From: Candidatus Babelota bacterium | GTDB taxonomy: Bacteria > Babelota > Babeliae > Babelales > UBA12411 | Assembly (NCBI GenBank): GCA_003511165.1 | Contig: DOJW01000008.1 | Location: 106,010 to 170,009, forward strand | Length of the DNA stretch: 64,000 nucleotides | Reading direction: 5' to 3' | Shown here: positions 45,947-54,324 of the stretch, one piece after another | Layout: the number at the start of each line of letters is the position of its first letter | Position numbering within the stretch: position 1 is the stretch's first letter | The notes under the pieces: model-generated | Told to the model about the DNA's origin: nothing | Database searches by the model: none | The model's input: the letters and a program-made list of their open reading frames with translations, nothing else | Position numbers and translations under genes: made by a program

Positions 45947-48900
45947 AAAATGTCCCACTAAATTTTTATTATGAAATTGCGCAGTTGATTTTAAGAAATT
46001 AAAAAGTTGAAAGTAAAGGATAAAAATAAAAAATCGGTAAAACTTTCTTTTAAAGCTTTACCTTTAAAACTCAAAAAAGCTCCTAAACTATTATTATTAT
46101 TATTATTATTTTCTTGATTTTTTCATCCCATTTTTTCTAGAAAAGATAAGGTAGTTAACTTTTAATTTTTTAAAAAGGAAAAACATAAATGAAACTTGCA
46201 AAAATTATAGTTTTAGCTTTGTTTATCGGATGTATTTTGGGAAATATACAAAGTGCGAATGGTGATATTGAAAAGCAAATAAATCAAAGGGTTGAACAAA
46301 TTCAAAAAGATTACGAAGCTGCTCTAAAACACAATGAAGAATATTTAAAACGCTATGATGAACCAATAAAACGATATGAAAATGAAATAAAACAAATAAA
46401 AATCAAACTTGAAAAAGTTAAATCAGAATTTGGATCTCTTTGGGGCGAAGAATATAAATCGCAATTAATTTACGCTGAAAAACATCTCGAAGATACAAAG
46501 ACTGATCGCATAAAAACAAAAGAACTACTATTACAACAAGCAAAAGCTCATAAAAAATCCGCCGAAAAAGAATTAAAAGAAGATATTGAAAGACATGCTC
46601 GCGGAATACAATTCGAAGAATTTAGATTAAGAGAACAAGCAGAAGATGCCGCTCGAATAGAAGCAATAAGAAAAGAACAAGCAAAACTTGAAGAAGAAAG
46701 AAAACTCCGAGAAGAAGCTAGACTCAAAGAAGAAGCAAAAAAACTAGAAAAAGAAAAAGAAGAAAAACAAAATCCATTTAGAACAGAAATAAAAAAGCAC
46801 AACTTTGAAGGAGCGTTTGAAATTTTGAAAGAGATAGATCCTAAAAATCAAACTAATGACTTTTTCAAATCTGTTTGGGATGGTTCTGTTGATATTAACG
46901 CAAAAGACGAAGAAGGACAAACAGCTTTAGGATTTACAGTAAGTTATGGAAATAGCAATTTACTTTCTTTTTTACTCGATAATGGCGCAGATATTAATGC
47001 GAAAGATGGTTACGACAACACTGTATTTTTTCACATTGGAAATAAAAACATTGCAGAAATTTTAATCAATTGGTTGAAAAAAAATGGTTTAAACCCTGCT
47101 GAATATTTAAATGCAAAAAATCTCAATGGAGATACTCCATTTATCAATACTGTTGCAAGGAAACAAAATTCTGATCTTTTAATATATTTATTAGAAAATG
47201 GAGCAAGTATTGATACAAGAAACAACAATGGTCAAACAATCCTGCATTTTGCTAATGACAATCCAAATCAAATTGAATTTTGGACAAAAGTTACACAAAG
47301 CGCGCAAATAGCCAATATCTTATCGTTCATAGATGAATACTCAAGAACACCGCTTTATACCGCACTAGAAGAAGATGAACCTGTTAAAAAAAATGCACCA
47401 AAATTTGCAGCCGCACTTGAAAAACAAAACGCACCACTGTTTGGAACTAATAATGAAGGTCAACTAGTCTTTCCATATGCTACAAATAATCCTGCTATTT
47501 TAGTTAAAGCATTAACCGAAGCGATGCAAAAGAAAAGTAGCATGGACGAAGAATCTCAGCAGCGTATTTTGGGTGAAATTCTACTACCTTCAATTTTATT
47601 TCAACACCAAGCCTGTCTACCTCTTATAATGAAAGATGCACAGCTACTGAAAAAGACTCGCGAATTATTCAGAGAATTTGAACCCAAAAGAGTTAATGAT
47701 TTTTTTGAAAAAACTATTAACGATGCTAAAAAGAATATTCCTCAAGTTCCTTTGCATCATTTAGCTATTTTCATTGACCAAGATGGCGAATCACATGGAC
47801 CAAGAGCAGTAAGTTTGAATCTTGTAAGAATTCTTCAAAATAAAAAAGAGCCTTGTCTTATCTTCGGTAAACATTTATTATTTAATGCTGACTTTATAAG
47901 AAAAGCAGATAAAATCGATTTGGATTTAGAAAACAGTTTTCATTTTTTCATTGTTAATAATAATCAATCCGCTGTGCTTATCATCCCAAAAGAATATATA
48001 AAAAGTTTTATCCCTTCTACAATAAAATTATCAGATATTGCTATTCTTAGATGGCTAGGGTTTAACCCGCAAAGCTTAACTCACAAAAAATTTTCAAAAA
48101 TAGATTTAAAGACAAAAAGCGATATCTCTGCTGATGAATTTGGCAAACAAACTGTCGAATCGATAAAAAATGTTTTGACCAACGTCAAAGAGCGTGGACG
48201 GATTGTTCAATTAGAAGGTCATGGCTGGAGTTATTTAAGGCAAAGAAAAAACCCTACAAATGCTATCGCTGTAAATCTTTCTCTACCTTACTTTTTAGAT
48301 TTGATTAGAGATCTAGAAGAAAAAGGCACACTGTTCACATATGTTCTAACTTGCTACATGGGAGGCGATAATTTATCCGCTTTGGAAAGGGTTATGATCA
48401 ATGATTTTTATAATACTGAACTTGCTAAGATGCTGAATGCTCACCAAAAAACAAAAAGTGCTACTCCCGAAACTCACAATAAAATGTTTTTATCTGTTGC
48501 ATCAACTGCAGATATATCAACAAGTGGAATGGTAGATACCAATTTATTTTTCCCAGCTGTCGATACGTTTTTCAATTTATTAAAATCTGACGCAGCAAAA
48601 GATATGACGACCAATTTATTTGCCTGGATTACAAGAATGTTTAGAACCGTCGGAGTTTTAAGAGATATAGTCAATTATCCACAAATTAGAATCCCTGGCA
48701 ATCAAACATCATTTTACCTTGCAGATATCCATGGAGACTTACAAATAATCAATAGAGTAAACAGTATGCAAGATCGCTTCATAATAGTGCAAGAAGGAGA
48801 TAGAAAAGTAGTTAAAGTCAATAAGCCAAAAGATATTGTCGTTGCAAACAAAAATGTTTTGGTAACATACATAGATCATGTCGAAAACAAAGTAATAATC

Positions 48901-49743
48901 GAAGAAAAAGTACCGGTAATACTCGCCATGGGAACTAATGAATATTTCAGAACATTCAGTGAAATATTTGTAGACATACCACAAATGGATTTCTTTAATT
49001 TTGCATACAACAGTTTTTACAAAAATCCTTTTGCGGAAGAAATGGGCCATCGCGAAACTTATTTAATGAAAAAACTCACTTTTGCAAATGAAGATATTTT
49101 TGAAGATATTGATGTCCCACAAGAAATCGCATCACAAAAAGCTCAGACTTTGTACAACGTTTATCTCAAAAGAGGATTAGAAGAAAAAGCTGCTGTTATT
49201 TTTTCACTCGGACAAAATCCTACTGACGATGTTTTTGAGATAAATGAAGATAAAGTTGTAAGAAAACTCGAAGGCGAAGAGAAAGAACTTTATTTAGCTA
49301 GAGTTTCGGCAATGCAGGCAGAAGTTGGTCACTACTTTAGTCCACTAGAAGAAAAGCTTCTAAAAAATAGCGCTCTATTCTTACAAGAAAATAAACAAGA
49401 TTTGGCAAAAGTATTTAAAACCGCATTAGTAAAAAGTGTTGTTTTGAGTGGAAGAGATTGCGATAAATTATTGCAGTCATATTTAAAATTTCTTGATACA
49501 GCTACAGATGAAGAAACATTAAATACGCTCAAAGAACTTCTTCCATTTTTGATGCGAAATTACAAAGAGATTCCTGCATGGACACTACTTGAAAAAATGA
49601 AATTTGTAATTTTAAGCTTCAAAGAACTAAAAAAGGGAACTGTCGAAACTTTCGAAAAAATAATAGATAAACTTTTTGAATTCGATGAGAAAAATAAAAA
49701 AACATTAAAAGATCTTCTTAAAAAAATCACAATATCAAAGTAA
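45881..49743. repeat. tandem segmental duplication, unit 2 (through the stop of giant gene B)
   Basis: Collinear with 41853-45781. The 3' flank of unit 1 is not found after 49743 but reappears at 50861-50972. Confidence 0.9.
46189..49743 (+). CDS. giant secreted protein B, paralog of A
   Basis: 1184 aa. MKLAKIIVLALFIGCILG; ANK blocks; RIVQLEGHGWSY (His678, nt 48220-48222) and FTYVLTCYMGG (Cys722, nt 48352-48354). The C-terminal third is nearly identical to A. Confidence 0.85.
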   Translation: MKLAKIIVLALFIGCILGNIQSANGDIEKQINQRVEQIQKDYEAALKHNEEYLKRYDEPIKRYENEIKQIKIKLEKVKSEFGSLWGEEYKSQLIYAEKHLEDTKTDRIKTKELLLQQAKAHKKSAEKELKEDIERHARGIQFEEFRLREQAEDAARIEAIRKEQAKLEEERKLREEARLKEEAKKLEKEKEEKQNPFRTEIKKHNFEGAFEILKEIDPKNQTNDFFKSVWDGSVDINAKDEEGQTALGFTVSYGNSNLLSFLLDNGADINAKDGYDNTVFFHIGNKNIAEILINWLKKNGLNPAEYLNAKNLNGDTPFINTVARKQNSDLLIYLLENGASIDTRNNNGQTILHFANDNPNQIEFWTKVTQSAQIANILSFIDEYSRTPLYTALEEDEPVKKNAPKFAAALEKQNAPLFGTNNEGQLVFPYATNNPAILVKALTEAMQKKSSMDEESQQRILGEILLPSILFQHQACLPLIMKDAQLLKKTRELFREFEPKRVNDFFEKTINDAKKNIPQVPLHHLAIFIDQDGESHGPRAVSLNLVRILQNKKEPCLIFGKHLLFNADFIRKADKIDLDLENSFHFFIVNNNQSAVLIIPKEYIKSFIPSTIKLSDIAILRWLGFNPQSLTHKKFSKIDLKTKSDISADEFGKQTVESIKNVLTNVKERGRIVQLEGHGWSYLRQRKNPTNAIAVNLSLPYFLDLIRDLEEKGTLFTYVLTCYMGGDNLSALERVMINDFYNTELAKMLNAHQKTKSATPETHNKMFLSVASTADISTSGMVDTNLFFPAVDTFFNLLKSDAAKDMTTNLFAWITRMFRTVGVLRDIVNYPQIRIPGNQTSFYLADIHGDLQIINRVNSMQDRFIIVQEGDRKVVKVNKPKDIVVANKNVLVTYIDHVENKVIIEEKVPVILAMGTNEYFRTFSEIFVDIPQMDFFNFAYNSFYKNPFAEEMGHRETYLMKKLTFANEDIFEDIDVPQEIASQKAQTLYNVYLKRGLEEKAAVIFSLGQNPTDDVFEINEDKVVRKLEGEEKELYLARVSAMQAEVGHYFSPLEEKLLKNSALFLQENKQDLAKVFKTALVKSVVLSGRDCDKLLQSYLKFLDTATDEETLNTLKELLPFLMRNYKEIPAWTLLEKMKFVILSFKELKKGTVETFEKIIDKLFEFDEKNKKTLKDLLKKITISK

Positions 49744-49794
49744 TATACTTACAAAGCGTCAATTATTAAAAAATATTTAAAGAAAGGTCTTAGT

Positions 49795-50343
49795 ATGAAT
49801 AAGTTAAATAAAATACTGTTTACAATGGTTGCAACGCTAATGTTTTCAAGTTATCCAATCAGCGCTCAAAGACAAATAACAACTATAGTAAAAGTAATAA
49901 ATAAGACACAATATGAAGCTCACATCTCATGTCTATGTGGAGATGGTTCTGTAGAAAAAGTAGTTTTACCACAAAGTGAAATGTCTGTGTATGGTAGATA
50001 TGATATATCTATGAAGTTCGACATGCCTATATTTCAGATTATTGGTGTTTCACGATGGGTACCAGTATCAAACCGCTCCATATATTCGTATTTATCTCTT
50101 GATAAAAATGGTGAAACAATTGAAGAAAATTTAATTAAAGAAACTCGAAAGATCATAGCGCTTGATGAAGGAAGAGGCAAATTGCTTACTGATTGGAACG
50201 AATGTTTATATATATCAAAAGCTGCCATCTTGATTATTGATTGTGATGGAAGTTTACATATAAAGGAATATGCAGTACTTGATGATCAAAAAGATCTTGA
50301 AGGACTATCCCAAGCTCAGACAATTTTACACGGAATAGATTGA
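49795..50343 (+). CDS. small secreted hypothetical protein S1 (paralog of 51537..52019)
   Basis: Signal MNKLNKILFTMVATLMFSSYPISA; ITTIVKVINKTQYEAHIS...; ends TILHGID. The 25-nt leader is identical to that of S2. Confidence 0.7.
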   Translation: MNKLNKILFTMVATLMFSSYPISAQRQITTIVKVINKTQYEAHISCLCGDGSVEKVVLPQSEMSVYGRYDISMKFDMPIFQIIGVSRWVPVSNRSIYSYLSLDKNGETIEENLIKETRKIIALDEGRGKLLTDWNECLYISKAAILIIDCDGSLHIKEYAVLDDQKDLEGLSQAQTILHGID

Positions 50344-50362
50344 AATTTCTCTAAAAATAAAA

Positions 50363-50394
50363 AGGCGGTAAAGATTTTAAAATCTTTACCGCCT
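50363..50394. terminator. 32-bp perfect palindrome hairpin after S1 (bidirectional terminator candidate)
   Basis: AGGCGGTAAAGATTTT|AAAATCTTTACCGCCT. Confidence 0.6.
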
Positions 50395-50461
50395 AATACT
50401 TAGAATAGACCTCTTTTGAAACCTTTAGCTATCTTAGTCAGACTCTTGAATTTTTACTTCC

Positions 50462-50510
50462 GTTCGCCCTGAGCGAAGCCATTCTATGGCGTAGTCGAAT
50501 GGGTGCGAAC
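50462..50510. repeat. GC-rich compound hairpin element downstream of the GIY-YIG gene
   Basis: Outer stem GTTCGCCC / GGGTGCGAAC and inner stem GCCAT-tct-ATGGC. A GC-rich island in AT-rich spacer. Confidence 0.5.
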
Positions 50511-50563
50511 TTCTTTATTTTAATATCAGGGATTTATAATTTTGAATTGATTCATGCTTAAAC

Positions 50564-50839
50564 CTACTTTTTATCCCTGTTTGCTAATGCTTGCCATCCC
50601 CCTGAAATAAGTAATTCCTTTTTTACTCGAGTCCATTTTTTCATTTGTCTTTCTGCCATAAGCGCTTCATATCTAGTAGCAAAGGCTTGTGTAAAGACTA
50701 TCTGAATTGGAAGTCTTGAACTTGTATACCCACTATACTTTCTAAATTTATGTTCCGAAATTCTTTTTTCAAGATTATCAGTATGCCCTATGTAGTAGGA
50801 ATTATCATCACATTTGAGTATGTAAACATAAAATGACAA
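50564..50839 (-). CDS. GIY-YIG nuclease superfamily protein (UPF0213/YhbQ-like), apparent TTG start
   Basis: (M)SFYVYILKCDDNSYYIGHTDNLEKRISEH (GIY...YIG motif), ...RQMKKWTRVKKELLI. AGAAGG RBS 7 nt before the TTG. Confidence 0.85.
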   Translation of the reverse strand: MSFYVYILKCDDNSYYIGHTDNLEKRISEHKFRKYSGYTSSRLPIQIVFTQAFATRYEALMAERQMKKWTRVKKELLISGGWQALANRDKK

Positions 50840-50844
50840 CGTAT

Positions 50845-50862
50845 AACCTTCTTAAGAAGGTT
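50845..50862. repeat. 18-bp perfect palindrome AACCTTCTTAAGAAGGTT abutting the GIY-YIG start
   Basis: Read directly. It contains the putative RBS of the GIY-YIG gene and lies at the junction with the orphan flank. Confidence 0.8.
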
Positions 50863-50972
50863 ACAGTCAAATAAAGATTAAAAGGGGTATGAATTTTTTG
50901 GAATTCATACCCCTTTTTGTAAGTTCATAAATGCTAATTAAATATAAAAACTTCGGCTCTCTAAAATACCAC
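50861..50972. repeat. orphan copy of the 3' end plus terminator flank of giant gene A (aligns with 45768-45878)
   Basis: ttacagtcaaataaagattaaaaggggtatgaattttttggaattcatacccctttttgtaagttcataaatgctaattaaatataaaaacttcggctctctaaaataccac compared with the A flank. The terminator hairpin at 50884-50918 keeps pairing through compensatory changes. Confidence 0.85.
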
Positions 50973-51072
50973 CTCCACGGCACTTATCATTACCCACATC
51001 TTTTACTAATCTAAACTTTTATGATTTTATATGAAAATAAACATTTTTATGTATGTTAAATATACATCACCT

Positions 51073-51351
51073 CCTGTCGTCCTTGCGTAAGCGAGGATCC
51101 AGTTTTCATGCATTTATCAAAAGTAGTATCAAAATGAAAAATTATTACGTATATATTCTATGCTCTAAAACAAATGGAACTTTATATATTGGTGTGACAA
51201 ATAATATTGCAAGACGAATTTATGAGCACAAAAACAAGTTAAACATTGGTGCCGTGAGTAGAAGTTACAATTAATCGAAGCCTCAAATCCAAAAATGGAA
51301 AGAAATTAATTGAAATTAAAACTGGATCCTCGCTTACGCAAGGATGACAGG
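51073..51351. mobile_element. 279-bp element bounded by 34-bp terminal inverted repeats and carrying a decayed GIY-YIG gene (MITE-like)
   Basis: Left IR 51073-51106 cctgtcgtccttgcgtaagcgaggatccagtttt. Right IR 51318-51351 aaaactggatcctcgcttacgcaaggatgacagg. The reverse complements differ at one position. Confidence 0.7.
51134..51309 (+). pseudogene. GIY-YIG nuclease pseudogene (internal deletion or frameshift)
   Basis: MKNYYVYILCSKTNGTLYIGVTNNIARRIYEHKNK then a premature stop at 51272-51274. A -1 frame continues LIEASNPK..., resembling the family C-terminus (LIE..NP.W). The central ~40 aa of the family are missing. Confidence 0.7.
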
Positions 51352-51386
51352 AAAAGTTGTTTTGCGGTTTTTTAAATTTAATTTAA

Positions 51387-51506
51387 CGTCGAACTCACGT
51401 TAAATTACATCTTAAAGAATGTGAATGGCGTTGGAATAAAACTTCTGATAAACTTAATCTCGAATTATGGAAAATTGTATTAAAATTTAATCGTCTGATG
51501 GTCTAA
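51387..51506 (+). mobile_element. C-terminal fragment of an IS1595-family-like transposase (remnant)
   Basis: Open frame RRTHVKLHLKECEWRWNKTSDKLNLELWKIVLKFNRLMV*. (F/L)HLKECE(F/W)R(F/W)N is, from memory, characteristic of the IS1595/ISXO2-like transposase C-terminus. No upstream body. Confidence 0.5.
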
Positions 51507-51536
51507 AGCCAAAAAATATTTAAAGAAAGGTCTTAT

Positions 51537-52019
51537 ATGAATAAGCTTAAAAAAATGCTGCTTATATTTATTACTATTTTAGGATTTGCAGTTATTACAA
51601 TTAATGTTGAGGGTAAAATAACAAAAATAGTAAGCGTAATTAATAAAACAGCTGCTCCTGTTCATATCTCACGTTCAATATATGATGGTTCCATAGAAAA
51701 AGTAGTTCCGGCTTTCGAGGAAATGCTTTTGGGTGATGATATGTATATGGATAACGACTTCAATAGTTCTCGACCGCATTATATGACAGTTTCACGAATG
51801 GTCTTAGATCAAATTTGTACAACAATGATATATGCTAATGGAAGCGGTAGTATAATTGAAAATAATAAAAATAGCATAGGACATTTTCATAACGACAGAT
51901 TTAGATTGATTATTCACCGTGATGGAAAGTTGGAGGCAGAAGAGCCTTATGACATTTATAATGACAAATATCTCGAAAGATTGCGTGACGCTGATACAAT
52001 TTTACACGGAATACACTAA
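51537..52019 (+). CDS. small secreted hypothetical protein S2 (paralog of 49795..50343)
   Basis: Signal MNKLKKMLLIFITILGFAVITINVEG; ITKIVSVINKTAAPVHIS...; ends TILHGIH. Confidence 0.7.
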   Translation: MNKLKKMLLIFITILGFAVITINVEGKITKIVSVINKTAAPVHISRSIYDGSIEKVVPAFEEMLLGDDMYMDNDFNSSRPHYMTVSRMVLDQICTTMIYANGSGSIIENNKNSIGHFHNDRFRLIIHRDGKLEAEEPYDIYNDKYLERLRDADTILHGIH

Positions 52020-52042
52020 AAACTTCTTAAAGGGATATGATT

Positions 52043-52070
52043 GAGATAAATCTTTATAAAGATTTATCTC
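52043..52070. terminator. 28-bp perfect palindrome hairpin between convergent genes
   Basis: GAGATAAATCTTTA|TAAAGATTTATCTC. Confidence 0.6.
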
Positions 52071-52099
52071 TTAATATTTAGAATGTTTAATTTAAATTT

Positions 52100-53302
52100 T
52101 TAATTCACTTTAAATTGAGATTCCACAAAAAATTGTGGGCCATGCGCTATAAAATTATCACACGCAAATTTATAAAGTTCTTTTTGTTTCAAATGGTTTC
52201 TAACATGTGGATTTGATGTAATAACCACAGCCTTTGGAACATTTATAGTTTCCCAAATAGTCTCAAAATAATCCCTTGAAATTACAAGATCATTTCGGCT
52301 ATAAAACATCAAAACATTTGTATCTTTTATATTAGGTAAATAAGTAGTAACTCGTATATCATCATTCAATTTATTATCCGAAAGCTTGCTAACTTGCCAC
52401 ATCAAGAACATTTGTACCGGCCAACGTTGTAAAACAGCAGTTATGCAATATTCAGCACTTGTTATTCCCCATTTTGAACCGCCATGTTGTGGATCAAAAA
52501 ATAAAGCCATGTTATTCTTTCCATTATCAATAATAGATTTGAGCGATAACCAGCAACCATCCAAAATAAGGTCGGAAAACAATTTTTCGCCTTCCTTATT
52601 TTTCAAGCCTTGAGCTTTGGCCATAAGCATTGCACCATAACACACACCAAGACCTATAACCTTTTTATATTGCTTTTTATCTTTTTCTAATTTTTTTTCT
52701 TTCACTGCTTTGACAACAGCAAAAATATCTTCTTCTTCTTTAAAACCAAATCTTGATACAGATAAATCTACTTCTAAGAATTTCTTAAAAAAGTTGTTTA
52801 AACGTCCTTGGTCTTTACTCTTATTCATCAAATCGCCATGGCCTCTAAAGTTCATCAAAACAATGTCACAATCTCGATTGTTCCAAAACATTTCAACAAA
52901 TGGGGCCATCGTTTCTTTCGCATTGGTAAATCCAGGAGCAACAATAATCACGTTATCACCACCACGAGCAATGTAAGAATAAGAAATATCAACGCCATCA
53001 ATTGTTTTTGTATAACATTCTTCAGCTTTAACATTTTCTTTCAAAATTTTCTTAACAGCTTTTGTATCTTTTATTATTTGTGCATCAAAAAGTTTCGATT
53101 CATTCAAATAACCATTCTTTTTTTTAGCAGCTTCTTTTATAGCTTCCGATATTTCAAAACCGGTTTCATTAAAAGAAGAGACTACATATGTAAAATCTTT
53201 AGAATTTTTAGATTCAGCAGAATTACCATACCAATCTTTCTCTGCTAAAAGGTTAGGCAAAGAAAATGATAAAAAGAGTAATAAATTGATTTTTTTAAAC
53301 AT
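52100..53302 (-). CDS. secreted alpha/beta-fold hydrolase with Gly-x-Cys-x-Gly nucleophile elbow
   Basis: Signal MFKKINLLLFLSFSLPNLLA; VIIVAPGFTN; VLMNFRGHG; KKVIGLGVCYGAMLMA. ATG 53302 is preferred over TTG 53341. Confidence 0.65.
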   Translation of the reverse strand: MFKKINLLLFLSFSLPNLLAEKDWYGNSAESKNSKDFTYVVSSFNETGFEISEAIKEAAKKKNGYLNESKLFDAQIIKDTKAVKKILKENVKAEECYTKTIDGVDISYSYIARGGDNVIIVAPGFTNAKETMAPFVEMFWNNRDCDIVLMNFRGHGDLMNKSKDQGRLNNFFKKFLEVDLSVSRFGFKEEEDIFAVVKAVKEKKLEKDKKQYKKVIGLGVCYGAMLMAKAQGLKNKEGEKLFSDLILDGCWLSLKSIIDNGKNNMALFFDPQHGGSKWGITSAEYCITAVLQRWPVQMFLMWQVSKLSDNKLNDDIRVTTYLPNIKDTNVLMFYSRNDLVISRDYFETIWETINVPKAVVITSNPHVRNHLKQKELYKFACDNFIAHGPQFFVESQFKVN

Positions 53303-53436
53303 AAAATAAAGCCCCTCTTTAAAAAAACAGCAATTTTTCAATAAAAAATGCTAAAATTCCTTCAATATTCGCTATAAAATACAGTTTTATTAAAAAGAAG
53401 CTTACCAACCATATATTTTTTCGCAACTGCCCTAAA

Positions 53437-54324
53437 CTAGCGAATTTTGCCATCAAAAACCACAGAAGCTATCGAGTCACAAAATTTAATAGCCGCCGAA
53501 ACATCTTTTTGAAAAATATTTCTGCCTACAGCACACCCAGATGTTCCACCTATATAAATTTGATCATACAATTCTTGCAAAAATGCCTTTTCGTCTTTCA
53601 AAGAACCGCCAGCACAAATCACTCTGCTCTTACCTGCAGCTTGAGTAGCCTGCATGAGCAATTCTCCATTTTTCTTTAAACTCTCACTGATCGGAGGATT
53701 TATTTTGATAAAATCTGCACCGAGAGCAGCACCTACACCAGCAGCTCCTGCTAGCAAATTCGCTTCTCTTTCATTTTTAATGGCCTGACCGCGAGGATAA
53801 ATCCATAAAATTGCAATCATTCCGTTTTGATGCGCATGCAAAATCATTTCGCTAGCCTGACGCATCATTTGCGCTTCATATTTGCTTCCTAAATAAATTG
53901 TATATCCCATTGCTACAATATTTAATTGCGATTGATTTTTAAAATCTACTACTTCTTGCGGAGTGACCAAAAACAAACTCAACGGATCTTCTTGGGCTGT
54001 AGAAACAATGCTTGATTTGCCATTTAGCTTTATAACATAGTTAACACTTGAATATTCTTCACCATATCTTGCAATTAAACCCAAGTGAGTTGCAAAAGCG
54101 CCTATTTTAGATTTGCTAGCTATTTCAAAAAGCGACTTTGGATCATTACACAAAGCCGGTAAATTTGGACCATAAAAATCTTGATTTAAATGTTCTATTT
54201 TTTGATCAGCCGCAAACAAAAATAATTTTCCACTTCCCCTTGTCATCGAATCATAATTTTTTTCATAAATAGCCTTTGATTTGGTAGGAACAGTCAAAGG
54301 AATACTAAATTTATTATTTTTCAT
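53437..54324 (-). CDS. class I (DhnA/FbaB-type) fructose-bisphosphate aldolase family protein
   Basis: ...ILWIYPRGQAIKNE...AGVGAALGADFIKINPP matches the YPRG and GAD-x-(I/V)K Schiff-base lysine region of archaeal-type class I aldolases. Confidence 0.65.
   Translation of the reverse strand: MKNNKFSIPLTVPTKSKAIYEKNYDSMTRGSGKLFLFAADQKIEHLNQDFYGPNLPALCNDPKSLFEIASKSKIGAFATHLGLIARYGEEYSSVNYVIKLNGKSSIVSTAQEDPLSLFLVTPQEVVDFKNQSQLNIVAMGYTIYLGSKYEAQMMRQASEMILHAHQNGMIAILWIYPRGQAIKNEREANLLAGAAGVGAALGADFIKINPPISESLKKNGELLMQATQAAGKSRVICAGGSLKDEKAFLQELYDQIYIGGTSGCAVGRNIFQKDVSAAIKFCDSIASVVFDGKIR

Noticed and set aside
41853-52019. Prophage or integrative island interpretation of the duplicated region
   Set aside because: There is no integrase, intact transposase, phage structural gene or tRNA attachment site. 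The only mobile traces are a transposase tail and GIY-YIG cassettes, so it is treated as a duplication plus small-element hotspot.
52386-53248. Plus-strand ORFs 52386..52613, 52710..52976 and 52808..53248
   Set aside because: They are antisense to the alpha/beta hydrolase gene, which carries recognisable fold motifs.
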